Part shown: positions 27,692-35,857 of the stretch, piece by piece
Numbering within the stretch: the stretch's first letter is position 1
How the letters are laid out: each line of letters opens with the position of its first letter
Source: Candidatus Bipolaricaulia bacterium
GTDB lineage: Bacteria; Bipolaricaulota; Bipolaricaulia; RBG-16-55-9
NCBI GenBank assembly: GCA_042219045.1
Contig: JBDGQO010000089.1
Coordinates: forward strand, 1 to 48,280
Length of the DNA: 48,280 nucleotides
Reading direction: 5' to 3'
Made by a program: the position numbers and the translations under genes
The notes under the pieces: model-generated
Database searches by the model: none
Told to the model about the DNA's origin: nothing
The model's input: only the letters and a program-made list of their open reading frames with translations

Positions 27692-29109
27692 GTCGCCAGC
27701 TCCTCCTCGCGGGTCATCTGGCGGCCGAGACGGATCTGTTCGAGCAGGGGAATCTTCGAGGGACAGACGTAGCTACAGAGGCCACACTCGATGCAGGCGT
27801 CCAAGCCGAGGTCGCGGGCGGTCATGAGCTCGCCCCGCTCGGCGGCTTGGGCGAGGCGAATGGGAAAGAGGTTCTGCGGGCAGACGTCGACGCAGTCGCC
27901 GCAGCTCACGCAGGGGCGCGGTTGCCCGTTCAGCCCGGCCGTCGCCCGTTTGGCGCCGTCGAGCAGCGGCGCGGCGACGTTGGTGTAGCTGTCGGCGCGC
28001 CACAGCGGGCGCAGTCCCCCGAACAAGCGCTTTTTCGGCTCTTGCAGGCCCACGAGCGCTCCGGCGCCGCGGGTAACTGGCGCGTCGGTCTCGGTCACCG
28101 AGCTTCCCCGCATCGGCCCGCCCAGGATCAACCGCGCAGGCGGCGTGTGCTCATGGGGACCGAGCAGCTCGGTCACGGGCGTGCCCACCCGGACGCGCGC
28201 GTTGGCCGGGCGGCCGAACGCCGAGCCGCCGATCGTCATGGCTTGGTCCACGTAGGGCTTGCCCTCCAGAACCGCGTCGTAGGCAGCCACGGCCTGATAG
28301 ACGTCGCTGACGACCACGCCGATGGAGGTTGCCAGGTCGCCGGCGGGCACCTCGCGATCGAGGATCGTCTTGACGAGCACGTCGTCGTTGCCCTGGGGGT
28401 ACTTGGGCAACAGCGGATGGAGATAGATCCAGTCGTCGTGCTCCAGCCGGTGGACGAGCTCCTCGAAGAGCCGTCCGCGGTCGTGGCCCAAGCCGACGTG
28501 GACCTCCACGTTGCCGATGGCGTTGCGCAGGACGCGCAGCCCGCTGATAAACTTGTCGAATTCCTCGTAGAGCAGCGCGTGGGCGCTTTCCAGATAGGGC
28601 TCGGTCTCAACCGCGTTGATCACGATCGTCTCGATCGCGTCGGGTGCCACGAGCGCGGACTGGAATTCCGTCGGGAACCCGGCCTGTCCGAGCGCGGTCA
28701 CGCCCGACTCGTACAGCACGCGGCCGAGCTCCTCGCCCCACTTTTCGTGGCTCCCTTCGGGTAGATCCAGGAGTTGCCACTCGTCGAGGCCGTCGGATTC
28801 GATCGCCACGAGCGTGGACGTCGCCCCGTCCACCGGATGCGGCGCCTCGTGGATGCCGACGACCGTGCCCGAGACGGGCGCGTGCACGGGCGAGCAGATC
28901 AGCTCGTCCGAGCGCCCGACGATCTGGCCCGTCTTGACGGCGTCCCCTTCGTTCACCTGCGGCGCGGCTTCGTCGCGAAACCCCTGGCGCAGCGGCACGG
29001 TGACGCGCTCGGGGAGCGGGGCGTCCTCGAAGGGCGTGACGGGCGTCCCTTCGAAGCGCCCGAAGTAGTGGCCTCCCTTGAACGTCTTCAACGCACCGAC
29101 AACCGCCAT
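27688..29109 (-). CDS. rnfC: RnfC/RsxC family flavin and iron-sulfur subunit
   Basis: FKGG N-terminus, PVHAPVSGTV, GQAGFPT, NAVETEPYL, KYPQG, GGPMRG, and two 4Fe-4S motifs CVSCGDCVDVCP and CIECGLCSYVCPS. Confidence 0.92.
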   Translation of the reverse strand: MAVVGALKTFKGGHYFGRFEGTPVTPFEDAPLPERVTVPLRQGFRDEAAPQVNEGDAVKTGQIVGRSDELICSPVHAPVSGTVVGIHEAPHPVDGATSTLVAIESDGLDEWQLLDLPEGSHEKWGEELGRVLYESGVTALGQAGFPTEFQSALVAPDAIETIVINAVETEPYLESAHALLYEEFDKFISGLRVLRNAIGNVEVHVGLGHDRGRLFEELVHRLEHDDWIYLHPLLPKYPQGNDDVLVKTILDREVPAGDLATSIGVVVSDVYQAVAAYDAVLEGKPYVDQAMTIGGSAFGRPANARVRVGTPVTELLGPHEHTPPARLILGGPMRGSSVTETDAPVTRGAGALVGLQEPKKRLFGGLRPLWRADSYTNVAAPLLDGAKRATAGLNGQPRPCVSCGDCVDVCPQNLFPIRLAQAAERGELMTARDLGLDACIECGLCSYVCPSKIPLLEQIRLGRQMTREEELAT

Positions 29110-29192
29110 CTATGGATCACCGCACCCGTTCAGGATTAGGACCTCGAATGGGGGCCGCTTCGCGACCCTCGCCCGGCGTTTGCTGCGATCAA

Positions 29193-29969
29193 CTATTCGT
29201 CCTCCTCGGGGGGGACGGTGTACTCGTCCTTCCGGATGCGCCAAAAGTGGAAGGAGATCAGCAAGACCATGAACACGGGCAGCACGAACACGTGGATGAC
29301 GTACCAGCGCAACAGCGAAAACTGGTTCAGGTTGTTGCAGTTGCTCACGCCCAAGAGCCCCTCGCGGATCTGCTCGCCGAGGAACGGCGTGTTCTCGGCG
29401 ATGTTACAGGCGATCTTGGCGGCGTAGTAGCCCAATTGATCCCATGGGAGAATGTAGCCGGAGAACGCGAACAGAATGGTCAAAAGCAACAACAGAACGC
29501 CGATGACCCAATTGAACTCGCGCGGCTTCTGGTAGGCCCCTTTGTAGAAGACCACGAGCATGTGGAAAAAGACGGCCAGCACCATCAGCTCGCCGGCCCA
29601 CTTGTGGAAGTTGCGCATGAACCCGCCGAGGGGCACGGCGTTGACCAGATAGACGACGCTGTCGAACGCCCGCTCTACCGACGGCACGTAGTAGAACATC
29701 AGGTAGATGCCGGAAATGACGAGCAGCACGAACAGCCAGTACGAGACCACGCCCATCCAGAACCAGCTGTAGGTCAGGCGCAAGGACTTGATGTTGATGG
29801 AGGCCGGCAGCACGTGGACGAAGAAGTTGCGCCGGTTCATCGCCAGGTAATCGGCCTCGGTCTGGGGCATGCGCTCGCGGCGGAAGATCGAGATCCAGAC
29901 GGAGCTGCGACGCAGCCGCTGCAACTGATAGACGAGCTTGTCGAGGGCGCCGTAGAGGAGACGGTTCAT
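29193..29969 (-). CDS. petB: Cytochrome b6-like N-terminal cytochrome b subunit
   Basis: SGIYLMFYYVPS, RNFHKWAG...FFHM (helix B His pair), PREFNWVIG, SGYILPWDQLGY, RWYVIH...SFHFW (helix D His pair). Confidence 0.93.
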   Translation of the reverse strand: MNRLLYGALDKLVYQLQRLRRSSVWISIFRRERMPQTEADYLAMNRRNFFVHVLPASINIKSLRLTYSWFWMGVVSYWLFVLLVISGIYLMFYYVPSVERAFDSVVYLVNAVPLGGFMRNFHKWAGELMVLAVFFHMLVVFYKGAYQKPREFNWVIGVLLLLLTILFAFSGYILPWDQLGYYAAKIACNIAENTPFLGEQIREGLLGVSNCNNLNQFSLLRWYVIHVFVLPVFMVLLISFHFWRIRKDEYTVPPEEDE

Positions 29970-29973
29970 GGGA

Positions 29974-30624
29974 TCACCCTTGGCAGGGGCGGCAGTCGCT
30001 TCCGTCGGGGTAGGGGCCCTCGACCAGTTCGCCGCTGTTCGGGTCCAGGTAGAGGTTGTGCCCGATCCCCTCGCCCGAAGCGGCCGCGAGCTCTTCGCTC
30101 GGTTTGAAGGTGGCCTTGTCGACTTCGATGCGCCCGTCGGGGGTCATCTGCATGTGGTAGAAGGGCACCGGCCTCGGCGCCGGTCCCCCGAGCACGCGCC
30201 CGTCGCGGGCATAGTAGCTGCCGTGGCACGGGCAGTTGGCGTGCACCACGGGGTATTGCTCATTGGGCGGGCCATAGGGTTTATAGGCGCAGCCCAGGTG
30301 CGTGCAGATGTTGGACACGACTTGGAAGCCTTCGTCGGTGCGGAAGACGAAGACGCCTTGGGCGTCCAACAGCTGCATGTCGCCGATCTCGTAGTCATCG
30401 GGTCGGCCGATGCTGAACACCGTCGAGGGCTCGAAGTTGAGCTGGGGCAGGACGTAGGCGCCGACGCTGGAGAAGAAGCCGCCGATGCTGAGCAGGAACG
30501 CGCCCCAGCCGACACGCGAGAACAGCCGGCGCCGGCTGATGCCGCGCGCCGCTTGGCTGGTTTCAAAGCGCTCGGCGTAGCTCGTCGGCCGATCTTGACC
30601 GCGTCGGCGGAGGGGATTGGCCAT
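29974..30624 (-). CDS. petC: Rieske iron-sulfur subunit
   Basis: Tat-like SRRRLF plus TM anchor. CTHLGC and CPCHGS boxes, GPAPRP. Confidence 0.93.
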   Translation of the reverse strand: MANPLRRRGQDRPTSYAERFETSQAARGISRRRLFSRVGWGAFLLSIGGFFSSVGAYVLPQLNFEPSTVFSIGRPDDYEIGDMQLLDAQGVFVFRTDEGFQVVSNICTHLGCAYKPYGPPNEQYPVVHANCPCHGSYYARDGRVLGGPAPRPVPFYHMQMTPDGRIEVDKATFKPSEELAAASGEGIGHNLYLDPNSGELVEGPYPDGSDCRPCQG

Positions 30625-30793
30625 GGGGGATCACCTCATCCTCCGATGGAACGACGGGCTTACCAGCGGCACGCGTGAACGCGGCACGCAGGTGAATCTG
30701 GATCGTCGTGCGAGCGGCGACGGTCGGCGGTGATCGATGTCGAATGAACGCATGGATCGCTCATATGTCGGCAACGGATGTGGGCTGACGAAG

Positions 30794-30822
30794 ATTATAG
30801 ACGCTCGTTGTGGGCGTGTCAA
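30794..30822 (-). promoter_or_regulatory. Perfect sigma70-type promoter for the Rieske/cyt b/Rnf operon
   Basis: Minus strand reads TTGACA (30822-30817), a 17 nt spacer, then TATAAT (30799-30794). Confidence 0.85.
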
Positions 30823-30836
30823 CCGAGTTGTCGGCG

Positions 30837-30866
30837 TTGATTGGGCGATTCGCTTGCGCCTATAAT
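30837..30866 (+). promoter_or_regulatory. Sigma70-type promoter for the aldehyde dehydrogenase gene (divergent)
   Basis: TTGATT (30837-30842), 18 nt spacer, TATAAT (30861-30866), about 45 nt upstream of the GTG start. Confidence 0.7.
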
Positions 30867-30910
30867 TCGATCGTGTATCCAGACGAGCTCAGCAAAGGGG
30901 GACGGATAGC

Positions 30911-32389
30911 GTGAGCTATCACAACTGGATCAATGGCGCGTGGGTCGACGCTCACAGCGCGGAGACGTTCGAATCGATCAGCCCGGCGAACAACGACGAC
31001 AGCCTCGGGGATTTTCCGAGGTCCACGCAAGACGACGTTGAGGCGGCCGTGGAGGCGGCCGACGAGGCGTTCCAGCCGTGGCGCAAGACGCCCGCGCCGG
31101 AGCGCGGCGAGATCCTCTTCAGGGTGGCCCGACTGCTGGACGAGCGCCAGGAGGAGCTCGCCCAGCTCATGACCCGCGAGATGGGCAAGGTCCTCAACGA
31201 GACCCGCGGCGACGTCCAGGAAGCGATCGACATGGGGTATTACCTCGCCGCCGAGGGCCGGCGCCTGCACGGCTACACGACGACCTCCGAGCTGCCCAAC
31301 AAGTTCAACTACGCGAAGCGGCGCCCCATCGGCCGCATCGCCATGGTCACGCCCTGGAACTTTCCGATCGCGGTCCCGAGCTGGAAGCTCTTCCCGGCGC
31401 TGGTGGCCGGCAACACCGCCGTCTGGAAGCCCTCCGAGGACAGCCCTCGGGTCGCCGTGGAGTTCTGCAAAATCTTCGAGGAAGCGGGACTGCCGAACGG
31501 CGTGCTCAACCTCGTGACCGGGTATGGGGAGGACGCCGGCGCGCCGCTGGTCAAACATCCCAAAATCGACATGGTCTCGTTCACGGGCTCGGTCGACGTG
31601 GGCCGCCAGATCTATCAAGTGGCCGCAGAGAAGCTCAACAAAGTCCATCTGGAGATGGGCGGCAAGAACCCCGTCGTCGCGCTCGCCGACGCCGACGTCG
31701 ACCTGGCCGTCGAGGGGATCGCCTGGAGCGCGTTCGGGACGACGGGCCAGCGCTGCACGGCCTGCTCGCGGCTGATCGCCCACGAGGACGTCCACGACGA
31801 GCTGGTTGACAAGCTCATCACGGAAGCCGAGAACCTGACGCTCGGCGACGGGCTCGACGACTCGACCGACGTCGGCCCTGTCGTCAATCGGGGGCAGCTC
31901 AAGCGGATCCACGACTACGTCCAGTTGGGCGTCAAGGAGGGCGCGAACCTCGTCACGGGCGGCGAGATCGCCGAGGACGGGGACCTCGCCAACGGCACGT
32001 TCTATCGGCCGACGATCTTCACGGGCGTCACCCCCGACATGCGCATCTTCCACGAGGAGATCTTCGGCCCCGTGCTGGCCGTCACGAAGGCGCGCGACTA
32101 CGACGAGGCGATGGCGTTGGCCAACGACCCCGACTACGGCCTCTCGGCCTCGGTCTACACGAACAGCGTCTTCCAGGCCCATCGATTTTTGGAGGACATC
32201 GAGGCCGGGATCACCTACGTCAACTCCGGCACCATCGGCTCGGAGGTCCATCTGCCGTTCGGCGGCGTGAAGAGCACGGGCAACGGCGGCCGCGAAGCGG
32301 GCGAGTCGGCCATCGACGAATACACCGACTGGCAGGCGGTCTACGTCGACTACTCCGGCGAGCTGCAGAAGGCGCAGGGGCTCGAGTGA
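30911..32389 (+). CDS. NAD(P)-dependent aldehyde dehydrogenase
   Basis: TPWNFP, WKPS, FTGS, LEMGGKN (catalytic Glu), GQRCTA (catalytic Cys), EEIFGP, PFGGVK. Confidence 0.96.
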   Translation: MSYHNWINGAWVDAHSAETFESISPANNDDSLGDFPRSTQDDVEAAVEAADEAFQPWRKTPAPERGEILFRVARLLDERQEELAQLMTREMGKVLNETRGDVQEAIDMGYYLAAEGRRLHGYTTTSELPNKFNYAKRRPIGRIAMVTPWNFPIAVPSWKLFPALVAGNTAVWKPSEDSPRVAVEFCKIFEEAGLPNGVLNLVTGYGEDAGAPLVKHPKIDMVSFTGSVDVGRQIYQVAAEKLNKVHLEMGGKNPVVALADADVDLAVEGIAWSAFGTTGQRCTACSRLIAHEDVHDELVDKLITEAENLTLGDGLDDSTDVGPVVNRGQLKRIHDYVQLGVKEGANLVTGGEIAEDGDLANGTFYRPTIFTGVTPDMRIFHEEIFGPVLAVTKARDYDEAMALANDPDYGLSASVYTNSVFQAHRFLEDIEAGITYVNSGTIGSEVHLPFGGVKSTGNGGREAGESAIDEYTDWQAVYVDYSGELQKAQGLE

Positions 32390-32391
32390 CG
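32311..32391 (+). repeat. Direct repeat copy 1 (last 25 codons + stop of the aldehyde dehydrogenase)
   Basis: 81 nt matching 33123-33203 at 69/81 positions by manual alignment. Confidence 0.9.
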
Positions 32392-32398
32392 ACCACGG

Positions 32399-32743
32399 TC
32401 AACCGTTCAGAGCGTCATAGGCCTCGCGGAGTTGCCGAAAGACCTCGTCGATCTCAGGGTCATCGCAGGAGCGATGCTCAGACGGGTCGGCCAACGGGTG
32501 GACATGCCATCCGCCGAGATTGTCGATGCCGAACACGCGGCTTGACCGATGGATCAACGCAAAGTCCTGTCGATCCGTCAGGGCGTTGTAGAAGATATCG
32601 ACGAAGGTGTCCTCGTTACACTCAACCCTGAGGTTGATCCGAACATGGCGGGTGACGTGTGACTCAATCGGCGCATCCGGGAAGCGTTGTCGACTCTGCT
32701 GCTCAACTTGGCGACGGAACGTCTCAATCGAGTCGGTTGACAC
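32399..32743 (-). CDS. Putative toxin, TumE/DUF6516-like
   Basis: Small protein with FGIDNLGGWHVHP. Overlaps the upstream antitoxin-like gene. Confidence 0.5.
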   Translation of the reverse strand: MSTDSIETFRRQVEQQSRQRFPDAPIESHVTRHVRINLRVECNEDTFVDIFYNALTDRQDFALIHRSSRVFGIDNLGGWHVHPLADPSEHRSCDDPEIDEVFRQLREAYDALNG

Positions 32744-33038
32744 GGGCGATCAACGTGAGATATCTCGACTTTTCGGCTTCAAGACCCTCCCATACCATGT
32801 AGTCCCGCTCGAGGGGATGCGAGCCTCGATCGTCCACCGTTCCCGCTTCCCACGCCGCTGTGAACTGCGAGAACGACATGCCGTACTTGACCTCATAGCG
32901 ATAGATCTCGTCATCGCATTCCCGAAGCCGCATTTTGAGATCGCTCTGGATCAGGTTGAGCACCTTGCTTCGCGACGTATCGCCCTCGACATATTCCAGG
33001 ATCTCTTCCAGATCTTGGGGCAGCGTGATGCTCGCCAT
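32724..33038 (-). CDS. Putative antitoxin, TumA-like
   Basis: YEVKYGMSFSQF...DYMVWEG pattern. ATG 33038 follows a GGAGG RBS. Confidence 0.55.
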   Translation of the reverse strand: MASITLPQDLEEILEYVEGDTSRSKVLNLIQSDLKMRLRECDDEIYRYEVKYGMSFSQFTAAWEAGTVDDRGSHPLERDYMVWEGLEAEKSRYLTLIARVNRLD

Positions 33039-33122
33039 CGGATTCCCTCCATTCAGGACGTAGGTCAGCCTAGAGTGTAGGCTTGACAGGCGTGGGACCG
33101 CAACCGGAGTGACGAAATTGGT

Positions 33123-33203
33123 CATCGACGAGCACTCCGACTGGCAGGCGGTCTACGTCGACGACTCGGGGCAACTGCAGAAGGCACAGGGGTTGGACTG
33201 ACG
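33123..33203 (+). repeat. Direct repeat copy 2: orphan remnant of the aldehyde dehydrogenase 3' end
   Basis: Translates as [25 protein letters not shown] versus [25 protein letters not shown] in the intact gene. Confidence 0.9.
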
Positions 33204-33205
33204 GG

Positions 33206-33631
33206 TCATTGGCCGTCATCCATCCGGGATTCAACGCCCTGTCGAGTGCTTAACAGCCGCAGATCGGCAATTCGCTCGAAATGTCGTCGATTGCGTGTCA
33301 GGAGCGGCAATCCTCGAGAAAGACAACAAGCGGCTATCAGAAGATCTGCCGTTTCGAGAAGGTTTCCGGTTGCCCGCAGATCCCGATAGAGCTGGCCGCC
33401 TCGCATGGCCGAGGGAAGGTCGAGAGGCAATAATCGAGACGCTAGGGTAAGCGTTTCGACATCGGTGCGTTGGGCTTCGGACTGCGCCCCGCTGGCGAGC
33501 TCAAAGAGGGTAACGGTTGTGACCGCGAGACGATCGTTTTCGATTAGCCTCTCAACGGCGTCCGCCAAGGGCGAATATCCGCCAAAATAGTCGATGAGTG
33601 TATCGCTGTCTACGACGACGGGGGTGACCAT
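33206..33631 (-). CDS. vapC: PIN-domain toxin (VapC family)
   Basis: VVDSDTLI, TLFEL, ADLLIAA, LLTRNRRHFERI. Confidence 0.9.
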   Translation of the reverse strand: MVTPVVVDSDTLIDYFGGYSPLADAVERLIENDRLAVTTVTLFELASGAQSEAQRTDVETLTLASRLLPLDLPSAMRGGQLYRDLRATGNLLETADLLIAACCLSRGLPLLTRNRRHFERIADLRLLSTRQGVESRMDDGQ

Positions 33632-33861
33632 CGCTCGCGAAGCTCGGCGATCGTTTCTCGGGCCTGATCCACTTCCTTATCCGACCAATCCCCCTTGCGA
33701 TCGGCCATCGCCCGCCGGGCATCATCGGTGGCTCGGTGGTGACGAAGGTAGAACTCGATCGCTTCCTCAACGACGCGAGAGTAGCCTTGCCAACCGCGGC
33801 GTGCCGCAATGGCGCGCAAGATCGCGCGATGGTCGTCGCTGATCTCGATCGTGGTCCGCAT
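33610..33861 (-). CDS. vapB: Ribbon-helix-helix antitoxin (VapB-like)
   Basis: MRTTIEISDD...SRVVEEAI pattern. Overlaps the vapC start. Confidence 0.75.
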   Translation of the reverse strand: MRTTIEISDDHRAILRAIAARRGWQGYSRVVEEAIEFYLRHHRATDDARRAMADRKGDWSDKEVDQARETIAELRERWSPPSS

Positions 33862-34207
33862 GTCAAACCACCCAATCGATGCTAATGTTCGCATGCATAT
33901 CCATCAACGCCGACATTTCCGGGTATCGAGGAATCCCCATCCGTTTTGCAGGACGGCCAGCCGAGCGCCTAGCGCACAGCGGCTGGACTAACGCCCTCCG
34001 CTCGGACGCCCGTGCGGCGCTTGACCCTGACCGAAATGAGCTGTGGCCTGAAACGACAAACCGTAGCGTTGATTACCCGCAACGAACGTGACGGACATGA
34101 CGGTCCGGACGGCCATGTCGCCTCCACGCTTGAGTCAAAGCATGGCTCCGGTGGTCAGCGCTCCGAAAGGGCAGGAGTGCGCCACTGCAAAAGCATAGGA
34201 GGTTGGC

Positions 34208-35344
34208 ATGATCGTCCGAATCACCGTATGCCTGGCGGCACTGCTGTTTAGCAGTGTCGCCCTTGCCGCTGCTCAAGGGGCGCAATCCATTGACATCTGC
34301 GAGGCGATCGATACCTCGGGGAGCATCGATGATAGCCAACTCCAACGGGAAATCAATGGCTTCAAGGCGGCGCTCAATTCGGTGCTGATTCCGGGGGTTA
34401 ACGCGGGACGCAGCATTGGCATCAGCATCGTCGGCTTCAGCACCAACGTCCAGACGTTTCTCCCGCTGCGGGAGATCAACGGCGTCAACCGGAGCGAAAT
34501 CCTGAACGCCTATGACGACGTCGTCAACTCCTCCGACCGGGACCTGACGAACCTGGGGGGCGCAATTCAGGAGTGCGTCGACGTCTTGAGCAACAGTACC
34601 GCCGATCGGCAGGTTATCGACCTCTCCACCGACGGCCGGCCAACGACAGGGCCCGATACCCGTCAAGCCGCAAACGCAGCCAAAAACGCCGGCATTGAAA
34701 TTTGGACCCTCGGGATCGGCCCGAACGCCGATAACAGTCTCTTGGAACAAATTAACGGGTGCGGCTCCCAAAATCAGGGCTGTGGGGCCCGGAACTTCAA
34801 GATCAGCAGTTTCCAAGACGTGCCCGATGCCCTGAGCGAGAAGACGGGGCGCATCGCCGACGGCGGCGACGACGGCGGCCAAAATCAGTCCCCCGTGGCG
34901 CAGGACGACACCGAACGGACGTCGGTGGGATCAACCGTGACCGTGCGGGCCCTCGACAACGACTTTGACCCCGACATCGACCCGCTCACCATCCAGAACG
35001 TCTCAAGCCCGTCCAACGGGCAGGCGAGCGCGACCATGACCGCGACGATCAAATACACGCCCTCCGCCGGCTTCCAGGGCACCGACACGTTCACCTACAC
35101 GATCAGCGACGGCCAGGGCGGCACGGCCACCGCCACCGTCGGCATCGGCGTGGGAACCGCGCCGCCGACTCCCGGAGATGGCACCGATGGCGGCGATGAC
35201 GGGCCGCCGCCTTCCGATGGCGGTCCCCCGACGACAGGCGTCCCGGGCCTGACGCCGCCGTGGCTCGGTCTGCTCGGCGCGGGGCTGCTCTTTCTCATGG
35301 GCCGCGAACTCTGGCGGCACGCCCAAACCTCGAACGCCAATTGA
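34208..35344 (+). CDS. Secreted vWA + Ig-like (Big_9/cadherin-like) surface protein with a C-terminal sorting signal
   Basis: Signal peptide, MIDAS DTSGS/TNLG/TDG, PVAQDD..LDND..FQGTDTFTYTISDG, Pro/Gly/Asp linker, then VPGLTPPW + TM helix + basic residues. Confidence 0.85.
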   Translation: MIVRITVCLAALLFSSVALAAAQGAQSIDICEAIDTSGSIDDSQLQREINGFKAALNSVLIPGVNAGRSIGISIVGFSTNVQTFLPLREINGVNRSEILNAYDDVVNSSDRDLTNLGGAIQECVDVLSNSTADRQVIDLSTDGRPTTGPDTRQAANAAKNAGIEIWTLGIGPNADNSLLEQINGCGSQNQGCGARNFKISSFQDVPDALSEKTGRIADGGDDGGQNQSPVAQDDTERTSVGSTVTVRALDNDFDPDIDPLTIQNVSSPSNGQASATMTATIKYTPSAGFQGTDTFTYTISDGQGGTATATVGIGVGTAPPTPGDGTDGGDDGPPPSDGGPPTTGVPGLTPPWLGLLGAGLLFLMGRELWRHAQTSNAN

Positions 35345-35356
35345 GGAGCGCCGCGC

Positions 35357-35857
35357 ATGGCTGAAGCGAAAGCGCTACGCTGGGGCTTCATCCAGTCTGC
35401 GGGGCTGTTCACGGGCTCGCTGGCGCTGGCGATCACCTACCTCCTCAGCCCGGCGAGCCGGCCCTTCCGACAGCTGATCGAACGGCTCTTGGCCCAATCG
35501 ACGGGGACCGTGTTGAGTTTGTTCGATCCGTCCGTGCTCGTGGACAACACGACGGTGACGATCAACGGCTTCGCCGCCCAAGTGATCCCCGCGTGCACGG
35601 GGCTGTTCACGACAGCCATCTTCCTGGCGGCCGTCGTGGCCTATCCCGCGAGCTCGTCCCATAAGCTCGTCGGCGTTGGGATCGGGATTTTCGGCCTCCT
35701 GGCCGTCAACTGGATCCGCATCGTGTCATTGCTCGTCATCGGCGGCTACTGGCCGAGTGCCTTCGACATTGCGCATCTGCTCGTCTGGCGCTCCGTGGTG
35801 CTGGCGGTCGCGGCATTCCTCTGGCTCGGCTGGGCCCGAAAGGCTACCCATGGCTAG
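35357..35857 (+). CDS. Exosortase/archaeosortase family transpeptidase (XrtH-like)
   Basis: Catalytic triad motifs IPACTG (Cys), VNWIRI (Arg), FDIAHLLVW (His). Multi-TM, adjacent to a sorting-signal protein. Confidence 0.85.
   Translation: MAEAKALRWGFIQSAGLFTGSLALAITYLLSPASRPFRQLIERLLAQSTGTVLSLFDPSVLVDNTTVTINGFAAQVIPACTGLFTTAIFLAAVVAYPASSSHKLVGVGIGIFGLLAVNWIRIVSLLVIGGYWPSAFDIAHLLVWRSVVLAVAAFLWLGWARKATHG

Noticed and set aside
26651..29109. Calling this a standard Rnf or Nqr operon
   Set aside because: rnfA, rnfE, rnfG, a canonical rnfB and nqrC/D/E are absent from the locus, and the flanking genes are Rieske/cytochrome b subunits.
30631..30822. 63 aa ORF or leader peptide upstream of the Rieske gene
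   Set aside because: It starts within the -35 box, its internal ATGs have no RBS, and it has no coding features.
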